From the human T2T-CHM13v2.0 reference genome, Homo sapiens: a DNA stretch of 64,000 bases. The notes beneath the pieces are model-generated. The model was not told the origin of the DNA. It saw nothing but the letters and a program-made list of their open reading frames with translations, and made no database searches. The position numbers and the translations under genes were made by a program. Below are positions 1-14,504 of the stretch, in pieces; position 1 is the first letter of the stretch; each line of letters begins with the position of its first letter. Where the stretch lies: assembly GCF_009914755.1 (NCBI RefSeq), contig NC_060945.1, one strand, 5' to 3'.

Positions 1-224
1 AGTTGAATTAAGATTTTTTTTTTTTTCACTCAGATCCTGTTTTCTTAAATAAGGAAAAACAATAATAAACTTACCATATTAAACAACTAAAAATCAGTTG
101 TCCATAGATGACAAATGTGATACAATCTAGCTGTCACTAGATAAAAGGTTAATTTTGTAAACAGAGTCAGTTAAAAAAATAAACAAAAAAATAAGCAATT
201 TAAGATAAAAGTACTTTGGCATGG

Positions 225-345
225 TGAGACATTACACTCACTGGGGCCAGGAGTTCAAGGCTGTAGTTTGCTATGATCGAGCCTGTGAATAGCTACTGCA
301 CTCCAGCCTCACATAGGGAGACCCTATCTCTTTAAAAAAGAAAAA
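225..345 (+). mobile_element. Alu monomer fragment (FLAM/AluJ-like)
   Basis: aggagttcaaggctgtagt...gcactccagcc plus A tail. Confidence 0.65.
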
Positions 346-1062
346 AGTGATGTCTCAAATATGGTGTTTGGGACTCACTAAAAATAACTAAATTTAAGGG
401 GGAAAGATTAAATTGGTATTATATATGCCATATGCTTAAATTCTGATTTTAGCTCAACCTTATAATTAAATCTGTACTTTGCACCCATTAGACATTTCAG
501 CAAACTGAAGTTCATTCAAATCAAAATCTACAAAAAGAACAAGATCCCAAGGCACTGAATTAGACTTTTAATATTCAAGATGTAAAATAGGCACTCTTTT
601 AAGAAATTACTTTTAGTTCTCCTCTACCTTTAAAAAAAGTTTCTCTCCTACTCGTGAACTAATTCAGAACTTTACATTTCTGTTACACAGCATATGATTT
701 CTGCTTTATTACTTGGATATCTGTTTAGTATTCACAACATATATGTATCTCCATTAAGCCCAGAATTCTTTGACAGATGGTCTCACCCAAAGAACTCATA
801 AATACTTGATTACTTCAACTTAGTTTGCAAAAATTAAAAAATCAGTAAATTATGTTACAGACTATAGTATTTTGAGTGTTAAAATCACTTCTAAAGAACA
901 CCATCACAACAGAACCCTAAATTCAGAATCGGGTTGACATGGTCTAAGAAAGTGAATAAACGGGTAAGTGATCTTCCTAGTGCATCATATTCTACACTAA
1001 AAATTCACCATTTATACTTCATTTCTGAAACTCAATGTCAAAGAGAAGATTAAAAATCTGGG

Positions 1063-1362
1063 GGCTGGGCACAGTGGCTCATGCCTGTAATCACAGCACT
1101 TAGGGAGGCATGGGTGGGTAGATCCCTGAGCTCAGGAGTTGGAGACCAGCCTGGGCAACATGGCAAAACCCCGTCTCTAAAAAAAGATACAAAAATTAGC
1201 TGGGCATGGTGGTGCATGCCTGTAGTCCCAGCTACTTAGGAGGCTGTGGAGGGAGGATCGCTTGAGCCCAGCAGGTCAAGGCTGCAGTCAGCCAAGATTG
1301 TGCCACTGCACTCCAGCAGAGTAAAACCCTGCCCCATCTCTCAAAGACAAAACAAAACAAAA
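1063..1362 (+). mobile_element. AluJ-like
   Basis: Dimeric Alu with a (CAAAA)n tail. Confidence 0.9.
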
Positions 1363-1610
1363 CATCTGACAGTTCCTGAGTAATCGGCAGCCTACGTAAG
1401 GAACCTATTAATACTGCATATGCAATTTTTATTAACACACTTGCCAATATCCTCATTTTAGGACTAGTCTAATGTTTGTATGATGCCAGACTAATTTTGA
1501 ATGTCTGAATTATTCACAATTACTAGGAAGACAAATCATTAGACTATGGATTCAGTCTACAATCTTATTCTATATCTTTTGGCTATGTTAACTGATTAAC
1601 AACTAGAATA

Positions 1611-2028
<418 letters not shown>

Positions 2029-2182
2029 CTAGAACTTAACTTGGTTGTGACTTTGATTTCTGACATTTACAAAATGGCATTCAGTCCTTTATAACCCATT
2101 GACTTCTCTTATGTTGAAATTCCTTTGCAGGAGTTTCCAAACATGTTAAAGTACAGCATTTGGAGGAGAAGCAATGTTTGCC

Positions 2183-2298
2183 TCCTGGACTCAAGCGATC
2201 TTCCCACTCAGCCTCCTGAGTAGCTGGAACCACAGGTGCACACCACCACTCCCAGCTATATTTGTAGAGATGAGGTCTCCCTATGTTGCCCAGGCTCA
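2183..2298 (-). mobile_element. Alu fragment
   Basis: ctcaagcgatc...gtagagatgaggtctccctatgttgcccaggct. Confidence 0.75.
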
Positions 2299-2299
2299 T

Positions 2300-2992
2300 G
2301 ACAAGGAATACTGCATGCCAATAATGGATGCCAGCTGAGTGTCCTCTAATTCAACTGGATTCTGACACTGTACTTGGAGATTACACATCCCACAGGCTGA
2401 GGGCTCAGTACCACAAAACTCCCCCAACTTCAGATGTCAATCACAAGCCCCAGGTTGTAGCCTGTGCTTCTGACCAACTGGCTACCATTCCCCAGACCCC
2501 TTACTTCGTTTTGATTCATTGCTGGAGCACCTTCAGAGAACTAAGAGAAATACTTGCTTACATTCACCCATTTATTTTAAAGGATATTACAAAGGACACA
2601 CAGATGAACAGCCAGATGGAAGAGATGCACGGGGTGAGGTGCGGCTGAAGAGAAAACGAGATTCCATGCCCTTTCCTGACATCCAACCCTCCAGGAACCT
2701 CCATGTGTTCAGCTATCTGGAAGTTCCCAGAACGCGGTCCTTCAGGGTTGTTAAGAAACCTTCATTATGTAGGTATCATTGATCATTAGTTTATCAACTC
2801 AAACTTCAGCTCCTGGAGGTTGGGGAGGGTGACTGAAAGTCCTAACCCTCTAATCACATGGTAGGTTACCCAGCCACCAGTCATCTCATTAGCATATAAG
2901 ACCTTCTTAGCACTGGAGATTCCAAGGATTTTAGGAGCTAAATGTCAGGAAACATATACATCAGGAAGACCAAATAGATGCCACAGTATCAC
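2300..2992. mobile_element. MER21-like LTR
   Basis: gtcctctaattcaact..ggctcagtaccacaaaactcccccaacttcagatgtcaatcacaag resembles MER21. Confidence 0.6.
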
Positions 2993-3958
2993 ATGACCAT
3001 TTTCTTGGAGTCAAGATATTTGTTCTTCCTTAAAACTTCGATGTTTCTAAATATCCAAGGTATCCACATAAGGTTAAAAATAAACTTCTCACCACTCCAC
3101 TTGTCATTTAAAATCATCCAACATTTTAACATTTCATCAAATCTCTATATCTATACAATAGTGCCCATCTCTTCATGTTTTTAAGAGCCCTGTCCTCACA
3201 CTATTCTTAGTGAATAGACAGCAAGAGATATTATTCCCTTCTTACAATTATGCTCTGTGCATAATAAGATAGCAAGCCAAAGATAAAGCCAGGATTAGAA
3301 GTACTTTCTTAAATTGAGAGCTTATCAGAAGGTAAAGCTGGCTAACATGATTATCTATGTAACAGCACCAGACCTTCTCACTTCGAAATTCAAGACATCT
3401 CCAACCACTCAGAAAGGGTATGGGGGTTGAAAACAGCCCCATTATATGCACGACTTCTATAACTTAAAGATAGCCAAGTTCATATCAAACTAAGTTATTG
3501 AATTTTATATCACTTTCTAACAAGTAATCATAGAACCATGACAAAACATACAAAATACAGAAGTTTTCTCCTTGACTTGGTGCAAATTCAATCCAATTAC
3601 TCCACAGACCTCTTTTATTTTAGTCACTCAAACTTTGATTTTTCATTTCCTTAGTCGTACATTAGGACAAATGCAAATTATATACAGAAGGCAGCACATT
3701 TAGCCTTATTATCTCAAACTCATTCCTAAGCAAGTACATCTGCCTGGATGGTGAGGCCTCCATCAGAGGTTAAATGCAAGCCCTAGCTGGAAAGTTACTG
3801 GAAGGGCATGTGTCCTACCTGCCTTTCTCTCTCATCATCCCAGATCTTCATCTCCCCAATGTCACCACATTAGGAGTGTTTTGCATATAAATCAAAACGA
3901 AGCCCCAGAGAGCCCTTGGTAGGAATATCTGGACTTGTGTTTTAGAAATAGTTTTGTC

Positions 3959-4389
<431 letters not shown>

Positions 4390-5044
4390 TCACTCTGCAC
4401 GCCACTGCCTCTCTGAAAGAACCAACATACCACACAGGCACGCACACGATGGACAATATACAGCCACCGAGCAATCATATACATCTTTTAAAAAGAAACA
4501 GGCAATTTCATGATTCTACTGTACCCTGGATCCATCAGGCTTTATCTAGGGAGTGCTATTTTTAAAATATGTACAGGCTTTTTTAGGTCCTCAGTAAGAT
4601 CATGGAAGTGTTTTGCTCCCTAAGGAAAACTGAAATTTGAGGTATAAGACTGGAGTTTTACACCTCTAGAATTCATCTTTGGTAACCATGCCCATTTGAT
4701 TTATAAATAATCTAAAAATATGGATTTTTAAGGAGCAGTGTATTTACCTTAGTCCACCTCATCTTTTTCTTTTCAGGAATGTTATCACAAAAATGTGTGC
4801 TGATTACTTCCTTGTATCTGAGCTTTGAGCAACTTACAAGGCAGACACTGGACCTAAAACACAGGTTGGTTGTTTTAGAAGAAGAAAAAAAAAAAGCTGG
4901 TTTTAAATCTGGATTTAAGTCTTGGCCCTGACTCCAAAGCAGGCCAGTTTATGTGCCTGTCTTCTGTTGCCAGATCTGTAGAAACTAGAATGTCATTCTC
5001 CGCTGAGAAACCACAAACTAGTTTCCTTAGACCATTCGTCTTCC

Positions 5045-5368
5045 TTTTTGAGACAGTCTCAATGTCACCCAGGCTGGAGTGCAGTGGCGCGATCTCTGCT
5101 CACTGCACCTATGCCTCCTGGGTTCAAGAGATCCATCTCTGCTCACTGCACCTATGCCTCCTGGGTTCAAGAGATCCTCCCGCCTCCACCTCCACCTCCG
5201 CCTCCTGAGTAGCTGGGACTACAGGCATGCGCCACCACACCCAGCTAATTTTTCCTATTTTCAGTAGAGACAGCATTTGGCCATGTTGCCCAGGCTAACA
5301 TCAAGTGATCCGCCCACCTCGGCCTCCCAAAGTGCTGGGGTTACAGGCATGAGCCACTGCGCCTGGCC
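5045..5368 (-). mobile_element. Alu with an internal 43-bp tandem duplication
   Basis: Antisense Alu; 5092-5134 equals 5135-5177. Confidence 0.9.
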
Positions 5369-6563
5369 CTCCTTAAACCATTAGTTTTCAAACCGTATTT
5401 GAAGTTCCTCAGAGGTGCGCCAGTATTTGAGAGAAGGTTAAGGTTTCAATGAGAGCAAATGAGATTTTAAAATCTTTTCTATAAACGGGGGTTCTATCCC
5501 ATCTAAATTTTGCTTTTTTATGAAAAGGGTTACTGCCCTTTTTTTAAACCTAAGTAAAAACCCATACCCTTTACTTTGTTACAGGTGTGTTATAATTTCA
5601 AGTTGTCTTTTAAGTATGAGATAACTTTCATTGTTACAAAACAAGTGGGTTGGGAGTGGATCAACGAGACGGAGGTTTGCTCCTTCATTTAACAAAGAAA
5701 CAAGACCAGAGAGCTCTTTCCTCACTGGGAGTTAGAAATGACCACAGACGCTAAGAACAGAAAGCAAGACACCAAAACTAAGAAAGGTTTTAGGAGCTAC
5801 AATCTCTCATTTAGAAACTCCAGATAGAATTTTAAAGAAAAAAGTAAAAACAATATATTTCTACAATTCAAATAATATAAGTCAGAGTAAAAAACAAACA
5901 AACAAACCTACTTAGCACAACATAAAAATATTCTGGTTACTCATCCTAGAGATTTAAAAAAAAATCAGGAGGTGAGGCAGGTCCTATTTTTGTTCCTTCA
6001 TTTAGTGGATCTGAGTCATGGCTGTTCCAATGATTTTCCTGATGAAACAAAATACATGTTTGTTCCATCAACAAAGGGCTACCCTAGGAAACTCATCTTC
6101 TACTGCAGTAAGAAGGGTCTCATAGGTATTTTTCGTGCTTCTAATGGGTACTCAGAAAATCCTTATGTGATTTAATATACTCTTAAAAGGACCGTCTGAA
6201 ACCAAAACATGTACTAATATCCAGTGGCCTTTCTCTCTGTATACTGGTTTAATAATAACATTCTGCATCAAATCCTTTCAGAAACCTATGAACAGAAGTA
6301 AAATGATATGATACCTGAGAATTATTTTAAAATGCTTCAGAAAAGAAAATGGGGCAGGGGGAGGTGCTGAAACAAGAACAGCAAAATGTGGTCAATTTTT
6401 GAAGCTGGATGATGTATATGTCTGAAATTTAACATAATAAGTTTTAAAATCTTCTTAGAGAGTTGGCAGATCATATACTATACACAAATATTGTACATGT
6501 TATAGGATCAAAATATGGGATTAAACTAAGGGACTGAAACTACTTATAGAATGTCATTCTCAA

Positions 6564-6871
6564 GCCAGGCACAGTGGCTGATGCCTATAATCCCAGCACT
6601 TTGGGAGATTTCTTGAGCCCAGGAGTTCAACACTAGCCTGGCCAACACAGCGAAACTCTGTCTCTACAAAAAAAAAAAAAAATTAGCCAGGCATGGTGTT
6701 CCTCTCCTGTAGTCCTAGCTACTTAGGAGGCTGAGGCGGGAGGATCGCTTGAGACAAGGAGGTTAAGGCTACAGTAAGCCATGATGACTCCATGGCACTC
6801 CATCCTGGGTGACAGAGAGATAGCCTGTCTCAGAAAACAAAACAAAACAAAACAAAACAAAACAAAACAAA
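6564..6871 (+). mobile_element. AluJ-like with (CAAAA)n tail
   Basis: Alu motifs. Confidence 0.88.
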
Positions 6872-7755
6872 ATCCTCCTGCAAATATTCTGTTGGTGGAT
6901 AGTTTTCAATGTATACAATACAGTCAGTACCTGTTACTCAATATTTATCCATTGCAAACACAACACAGAAACCTAAGGAACTCAAAAAGCAAACTGACAT
7001 TTGTCAGGAACTGCTCCCTTGTTGGTCAAAGAAGAGGAAAAGGAGGGCTTTCTTCGATATTATTGTCTACTTTCTTGGTAAGCAATAAAGTGTTTGCAGT
7101 TTTATGTAGACTGGCGGGGTGGGGCGGGGAATTGTGACACGGTTACACTTTCGTATATATCAAGTTACTCCCATACATGATTTTAGGTAGAGTCTGTATT
7201 TTAATGTGGTAGAAAGGGGTGATTAGTATCTTGAACTGCAGAGGCTACAAAAAACAATGATGCAACATTACGTAAGGGATGAGAAATAAGTAAATAAGTA
7301 AAAAAAAATAAGTAAATTGAAAAGTTTGTTAATGCACAAAACCAAGTAACTGGAGAGAAAAGGACAGAAGAGTCAAAGAATCAAGGTCCCCAGACCTAGA
7401 GTGAGAATGTACATTATCGTGTGCATACCTTAATCTCAAATATAAGCTCATTATCAAATAATTGTGCAAAAAAATCATCTGTTACCTTGTGAAGGATAGA
7501 AAGGGTTATTTCTTCCAAAGCTCAAAATGTGGTCCACAGATAAGGTAAGGTTACATTAGTGGTTCTCCAATTTTAACTTGCACCAGACTCTACTCAAGGT
7601 TTTGTTAAATAGATCTCTGGGCCCACTCCCAGAAAACGGTTTGAGAACTATGTGTTTATACTATGGCTAATTCTTGCAAATCATCTGATTTTGAAACCAG
7701 TCACAATTTTTTGAAACATTCTATGAGAAACATCTTATTAATAAGAATTTTCAAC

Positions 7756-8059
7756 AGGGCTCAGTGGCTCACGCCTGTATCCCAGCACTTTAGGAGGCCG
7801 AGGCAGGCAGATCACGAGGTCAAGAGATCAAGACCATCCTGGCCAACATGATGAAACCTCGTCTCTATTAAAAATACAGAAATTAGCTGGACGTGGTGGC
7901 ACACACCTGTAGTCCCAGCTACTCAGGAGGCTGAGGGAGGAGAATTGCTTGAAGGATGCAGTGAGCCAATATCGGGCCACTGCACTCCAGCCTGGCAACA
8001 GAGCGAGACTCCGTCTCAAAACAAACAAACAAACAAACAAACAAACAAACAAACAAACA
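7756..8059 (+). mobile_element. AluS with (CAAA)n tail
   Basis: Alu motifs. Confidence 0.9.
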
Positions 8060-8291
8060 ATTTTCTGGCAAAGTAAGAGTATTTTACAAAGAGAACAATC
8101 ACACTGGTAGAGAACTGCACTGCATGGATGGCCAAATTAAATCATTACACCAAATAATTTGCAAACTTCATCCCTACTTTGGTCACAATAAGTAACATTG
8201 TACTTTTGAAAGATATTACTGTCTGAGAACAGAGTTTCATCTTACCCAAATACAGACTAAAAACAATGCCAACTTCACAGTACTCACTTAC

Positions 8292-8333
8292 ATAGTTGAT
8301 AAACAGAACCAACAAGTCCTCTAATTGGTCCAT
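8292..8333 (-). CDS. APP: Alternative APP first coding exon (MDQLEDLLVLFINY), replaces the canonical signal peptide
   Basis: ATG at 8333, 14 codons, then consensus TAT|GTAAGT donor at 8291, same phase 0 as exon 1. Matches my recollection of an annotated APP isoform N-terminus. Confidence 0.85.
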
Positions 8334-10621
8334 TTGAATCTGGGGAAGAGCTGGCTCCAATCATTGTCAATTACATCAGCAACTGTGGAATACTCCCTGA
8401 GATCAACAAACTGTTAACTGCAGTGACCACAACTTGACCCAGGCCAGAGCTTCCATCCTCGGGAGGGTGAGTCAACAGCATGTCAACACTAACCCAACTT
8501 CTACCACGCACAGCAAGGCTGTGCTATTTAGGCGTGGATCACACGCACACTGCGCCAACTTCTAAGCTAACAATGGACAACCAAAGCCTCCGGAACTCTG
8601 TCTTGGGTAGAGTAAATCAATTTCCTTTTGTAGGATTTTCTTGGCACAAAGCCAAGTGTCAGGGGCTGTGGAGAAGGAACTGCTGGCCCAAATTCCATCC
8701 AAGGTTGACCAGTGGTTTAATCCCTTCTCTAAATCAGGCCTCTGGCAAAACAGCTAGAATCAGGAAGCCAATTCATTTTTAACAAATTCAAAGTCTATCA
8801 CAACACAGGAACTTGTTAGGCAAGAAGATAACTGAATGAACACCTTTAAAAATTCTGCTTTTTTAACAAAAGCCGTCTACATTATTTTCTCATGGGAGTT
8901 TTGGTACTAGTGTTAATTCATAGACTCTCCCTTAAACTCAAATAAATTATCTATTGAAAGAATGGCAAGAAGTACTGCCAAACTTCATAGGGTGGTTGGG
9001 CTAAATGTTCTCAAGTTCTTTTCCAACGTTAAAACAACCGGATTATAAGAAACAATTCATTTAATGGAGCATTCTGGAGGAGTAAAGACAGAGGATTTGG
9101 AATGAGACTGCATAGGTTTAAATTCTAACACTAACTGTAATTCTGGCCAAAAGGTTATGATGTGGGGTCCTCATCTGTAAAATGGAGTATCTATCTCATG
9201 GAGTCAGTGTGAGAATTAAATAAGCACATAAATTTCTCAACATGACGCCTGGCACCTAGTCAACACTCAAAATAGAGGAAGGCTAATAATGATGACATGC
9301 AAATCTGATATTGCAAATACCAACGCAAAGAGTCTAATGAAAACTTTCTAAATTATATGTCATTGGTTCATTATTTAAGCTTCTGAGGTTTGTACAAGCA
9401 CAGATTAACTCAAATGTTACTTAACGTTTTACATTTACTATAAACACCCTGATGATGTATTTTACAGTTTCTTGATTTTTCCCTACAGTTTGGGCACAGT
9501 CTTATTATGACAGAAAAGAAAGCAACAAACCCAAAGGAAAGGCTTTTCCCTAGACTGCTTTTAATTTTCTATTAACTGCCCAATTTTGAAAAATAGATCT
9601 ACAAAACTGGGTTCTGGATGACTGAGTTCTTTTACTTTGGGGACAAGAGCTGATGCTAAAGGAGAAGACAGAGGATTAAGAAATTTACATTCTGTCATTT
9701 ACAAACATGGGTATGAACATGAACAGAGCCTCTGAAAACATCTGGCAAATAGAAGACACTATGAGCCAATCAATCACCAATGCTGGCTTAGTAGTCATAT
9801 TAATAAATACTTGCTGAGTATATACTATGTTCTCTGGGCTGTATTATTTCTTTTACGCCTCACAACAACCCTAAGTTTGGTACTTTTCTATCGGTTCCAG
9901 TTTACAAATGAAGAAACAGGGAAGAGTAAGGGGAGTTTTCAAAAAGAAATAATATCAACAGTTATTACATCAAGGGTTTCACAAATGAAGCATTCAAAAA
10001 TTCAGAAAGGCAATGAATTGCTTTGCTAGACCTGTGGAAGGCCCTCAACCTGCACAGGTAGCCAACACCCGGTACATACCCAATTACATCCAGTTAGGTC
10101 ACCTCTGTATGGCTGCAAGGAGCCAGGGCCATGTGTGGTGCCTAGCCACACTATATACATAACCTGGGAACCATGCAGCAAGATGGAAGAATAAGAAACA
10201 GTATCCAGAATCCAGATGTTAGATCTCAGGGGTAGGGTATGCACAAGGAGTATTTGCACCATTTAAGGTGATAACGCTGCTGTCTCATGGCAACATGCGG
10301 GGCAGTATAAGAGGCTTGGTAAATATCCACTGGACCTTCCCTAAGCTTAGCACAATGCGTCCTGGATGGAGAAAATATCAAAGCCACCAATCTGAGCATG
10401 TTGTGGAACCAGAGAGACTTAAGAGGCTGCACCACCACACAGCCCTCACTCGATCTTTCTAGGCTCTGCTAAGAATGTTGCTGCTGGCTCACTGCAGAAA
10501 CTAACACTTACTCAAAGATGGTGCATCCTGTGCTTATTTTCACCAAGCCTCATATCCCCTCCTCTGCCAGACCATTTTAATACCATTAGATACTTCCCTA
10601 TTCAAAATTAAGACAGTGTCA

Positions 10622-10944
<323 letters not shown>

Positions 10945-11329
10945 TAGTGTCACTCAGCATCACTTAAGAAAATTAATAAAAATAGGTACTACCTGTATTT
11001 CAGAGATAAGTAAAACTTATGTTGAAATGGTCAATGCTAGATTTTTATAAAAAGATGTCGAATTTTTAAAAACTCATTCAAGTTATAAGAAATTTTATAA
11101 TCTTTATTCCATGTCAAAGATAGGCATTAGAAAAATTCAGTATTACTTTACTTTCCATAATTGTCAACTTTTATAAACAATGTGGTGGAGTGGGAATTAA
11201 AATCTGATAATAGTTTTGATCCATAAAATGAGTGGGAAAATCAATTTTAAGGCAGAAAAAAATGCTTCAAGTTAAACACTTACTATTAAATATTTAAACA
11301 AAAAAATGTAATAAAGATACCTTCAAAAC

Positions 11330-11455
11330 TGGCTGGGTGTGATGGCTCATGCCTATAATCCTAATATGTCGGGAGGCCAAGGCAGGAGGATCACTTAGCC
11401 TAGGAGTTTGAGACCAGCCTAAGTAACATAGCAAGACCCAGTCTTAAAAAATAAT
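11330..11455 (+). mobile_element. Alu left-arm monomer (FLAM-like)
   Basis: Single arm ending in an A-rich tract. Confidence 0.8.
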
Positions 11456-11544
11456 AATGATGATGAAGTTTTGATAATCAAAAGTTATTATCCCTTTTGG
11501 CTTTACCATAGAGCTACAGATAGGTGTCCTGGTTAGGTCACTTC

Positions 11545-11975
11545 TTTTATTCTTCCCTAGCTTTACTGAAGTATAATTGACAAAAATTATGTATATTCAA
11601 TGTATACAACGTGATGTTTTGATATATGTATACACTGTGAAATGATTATCACAATCAAGCTAATTAACATATCCATCACCTCAGAGTTACTTTTTTTGTT
11701 CTGTGTGGTAAGAATATTTAACATTTACTCTCGCAGACGTTTTCAAGTGTACAATTCACTATTATTAACTAGTCACTAGGCTGTACATTAGGTATTAATC
11801 TCATAACTGCAAGTTTGCACCCTTTGACCAACATCGCCTCACTTCCCCCACATCCAAACCCTGGTAACACCACCCTTCTACTCTTGTTTCCATGAGTTTG
11901 AGTGTTTTAGGTTCCACATATAAATGAAATCATGCAGTATTTGTTTTTCTGTGTCTGGCTTATTTCACTTAGCTT
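11545..11975 (-). mobile_element. L1MA-type 3' end fragment
   Basis: ...aagctaattaacatatccatcacc...atcatgcagtatttgtttttctgtgtctggcttatttcacttagc is a typical L1M 3'UTR. Confidence 0.8.
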
Positions 11976-12056
11976 AAGGCCATAAGTACCAGGGGCCTGG
12001 ATTTCAACCTCACCCCTATTGTTTATTGCTACTTGGGTCAAATTATGTAGCCTCCC

Positions 12057-12432
12057 TGTATTAATCTGATCTCACGCTGCTAATGAAGACATATCCAAGA
12101 CTCAGTAATTTATAAAAGAAACAGGTTGAACTGACTCACAGTTCAGCATGGCTGGGGAGGCCTCAGGAACCTTACAATTAGGGTAGACGGGGAGGCAAAC
12201 ACGTCCTTCTTCACATGGTGGCAGGAAGAAGAAGTGCCAAGCAAAAGGGGGGAAAAGTCCCTTATAAAGTGATCAGTTCTCGTGAGAACTAACTCACTAT
12301 TACCAGAACAGGATGGGGGAAACCGCCTCTATGATTCAGTTATCTCCACCTGGTCCCTCCCACTACACATGGGGATTATGCGGACTACAATTCAAGATGA
12401 GATCCAGGTGGGGATGGAGCCAAACCACATCA
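12057..12432 (-). mobile_element. THE1-type MaLR solo LTR
   Basis: tgtatta...ccaaaccacatca ends; ctccc/ctcac flanks. Confidence 0.85.
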
Positions 12433-13369
12433 CTCACCGAACCTCATTTTGTTTATACTTCATTTTGAGATAGTATTTGCTCTGCCTTTCTGATAAAGCT
12501 ATGCAGAATACCAAGTTAGTACCTGGTTTCATATATGGTTTATAATACATTATTCCTGATACAATCTCAATTTACTGTTTTTATACAGCCTATTACTGCA
12601 CAAACATTTTATATCTTAAGCAATGTGGATTTTATTATAATCTCCTACACTAAATAGTTATAAAAACATTAGCTATTGGTTTGGGAAAGGCTACACTCAA
12701 TCTTAAATTTAAAAGTCAGTTACAATTTTCCATTAAAAAAATACAAAATAAGCTACAGATGTCTTATCATGGTCAATTCTCTTGAACAACTTTCTGGGTT
12801 AAAATGCAGAAAATATAACAGATCTCAGTATACAATTCAGTGGGAGAAAGAACAGTTCCACTAAACTGCTTTCTTCTGACTTACCATGAGAATTCCACAG
12901 ATAGCATTAATGTCAACTTGAAAAATGATATTACAAGCACCAATGCTAGAAATTTTAGATCGAGGGAGTTGCTCCTTGATGTTCAATGTGCTGAACAAAG
13001 TAAAGCAAATGGGCCTGAAGTAATAATTTATGCTTCCAGTACTTTCAAAAGCAAGTTTTGATATAAGAATCAGTTACCCATGAAAATAGATGAAATTCAC
13101 TGAAATGACCTAGTTTTATAATACAATAAAACGTTCTTTTCAACTTTATAAAAGTAATGTTCCTCTGAAGAACAGCTGGGAGGATTCTAGATATCACATC
13201 AAAATACGTGCCTTCCTAACATTAGAGATGTTTTACGTGGAATGGGATGGCTTGCCTGTGGGATGAAGTCTCTGGGGAGAACTATCAAAAGCTGGCTGAC
13301 TACCTACCAGGAATGGCAGAACCAAGGAGTCCTACATTCAAGATGTGCCAAGAGGGAGCAGCCTCTAAG

Positions 13370-13737
13370 GCAGTGATCTCTAACCTTTTTGGCACCAGGG
13401 ACTGGTTTTGTGGAAGACCATTTATCCATGGGGTGTTGGGGGTGGGATGGCATGAGACTGGATGGGATGGGATGGTTTTGGGATGAAACTCTTCCACCTC
13501 AGATCATCAGACATTAGTTAGATTCTCACAAGGACTGGACCAGGCAACCTGGATCCCTCCCATGTTTAGTTCACAATAGGTTTTGTGCTCCTGTGAGAAT
13601 CTACTGCCAGGAAGCAGCACTCAGGCAGTAATGCTCACTGGCTCACCTGCCTGCCACTCACCTCCTGCTGTGTGGCCCGGTTCCTAGCAGGCCATGGACC
13701 AGTACCTGTCCATGGCTGGGTGTTGGGGAACCCTGCT
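13370..13737. mobile_element. MER1-type (hAT-Charlie) MITE
   Basis: aacctttttggcaccagggactggttttgtggaagac...gttggggaaccctg. Confidence 0.75.
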
Positions 13738-14213
13738 CTAAAGTATCTGCGTACAGTTAAAAAGACTCAAATAGTACAAAAGGTGATAATATACAAAGTA
13801 AATATGTACTACCTTCTCCTCCATTCCAATGTTCTCATTGCCCAGAGTCAGATTTTGTCAGATTCACTTGAATCTGCTACTGACATAATACACATATAAA
13901 TTTTCTGTTTTTTATATAAATTACTGTTTAATCTGTGATTATGCCTGCATTCTGAATGTTTTCACTTATATCGGTATGATTTTAGATATTTCTATACATC
14001 AGTATGGTTATGCCCACTTTTAATGTATCAGCATAATATTCTACTGTATAAGAGTTTTTTAAGGCTTGCTTAGTTGATACAAATAATGCTCTCATAATAT
14101 CCTCATCTGTGCGCATTTATACAATATACTATGAACTAATTAGTTTCTAGAATTCCTAGATCAAGGGATATGTACATAAAATTCTAAATGACTGATCTAA
14201 AAAATTTCTGTAC

Positions 14214-14504
<291 letters not shown>

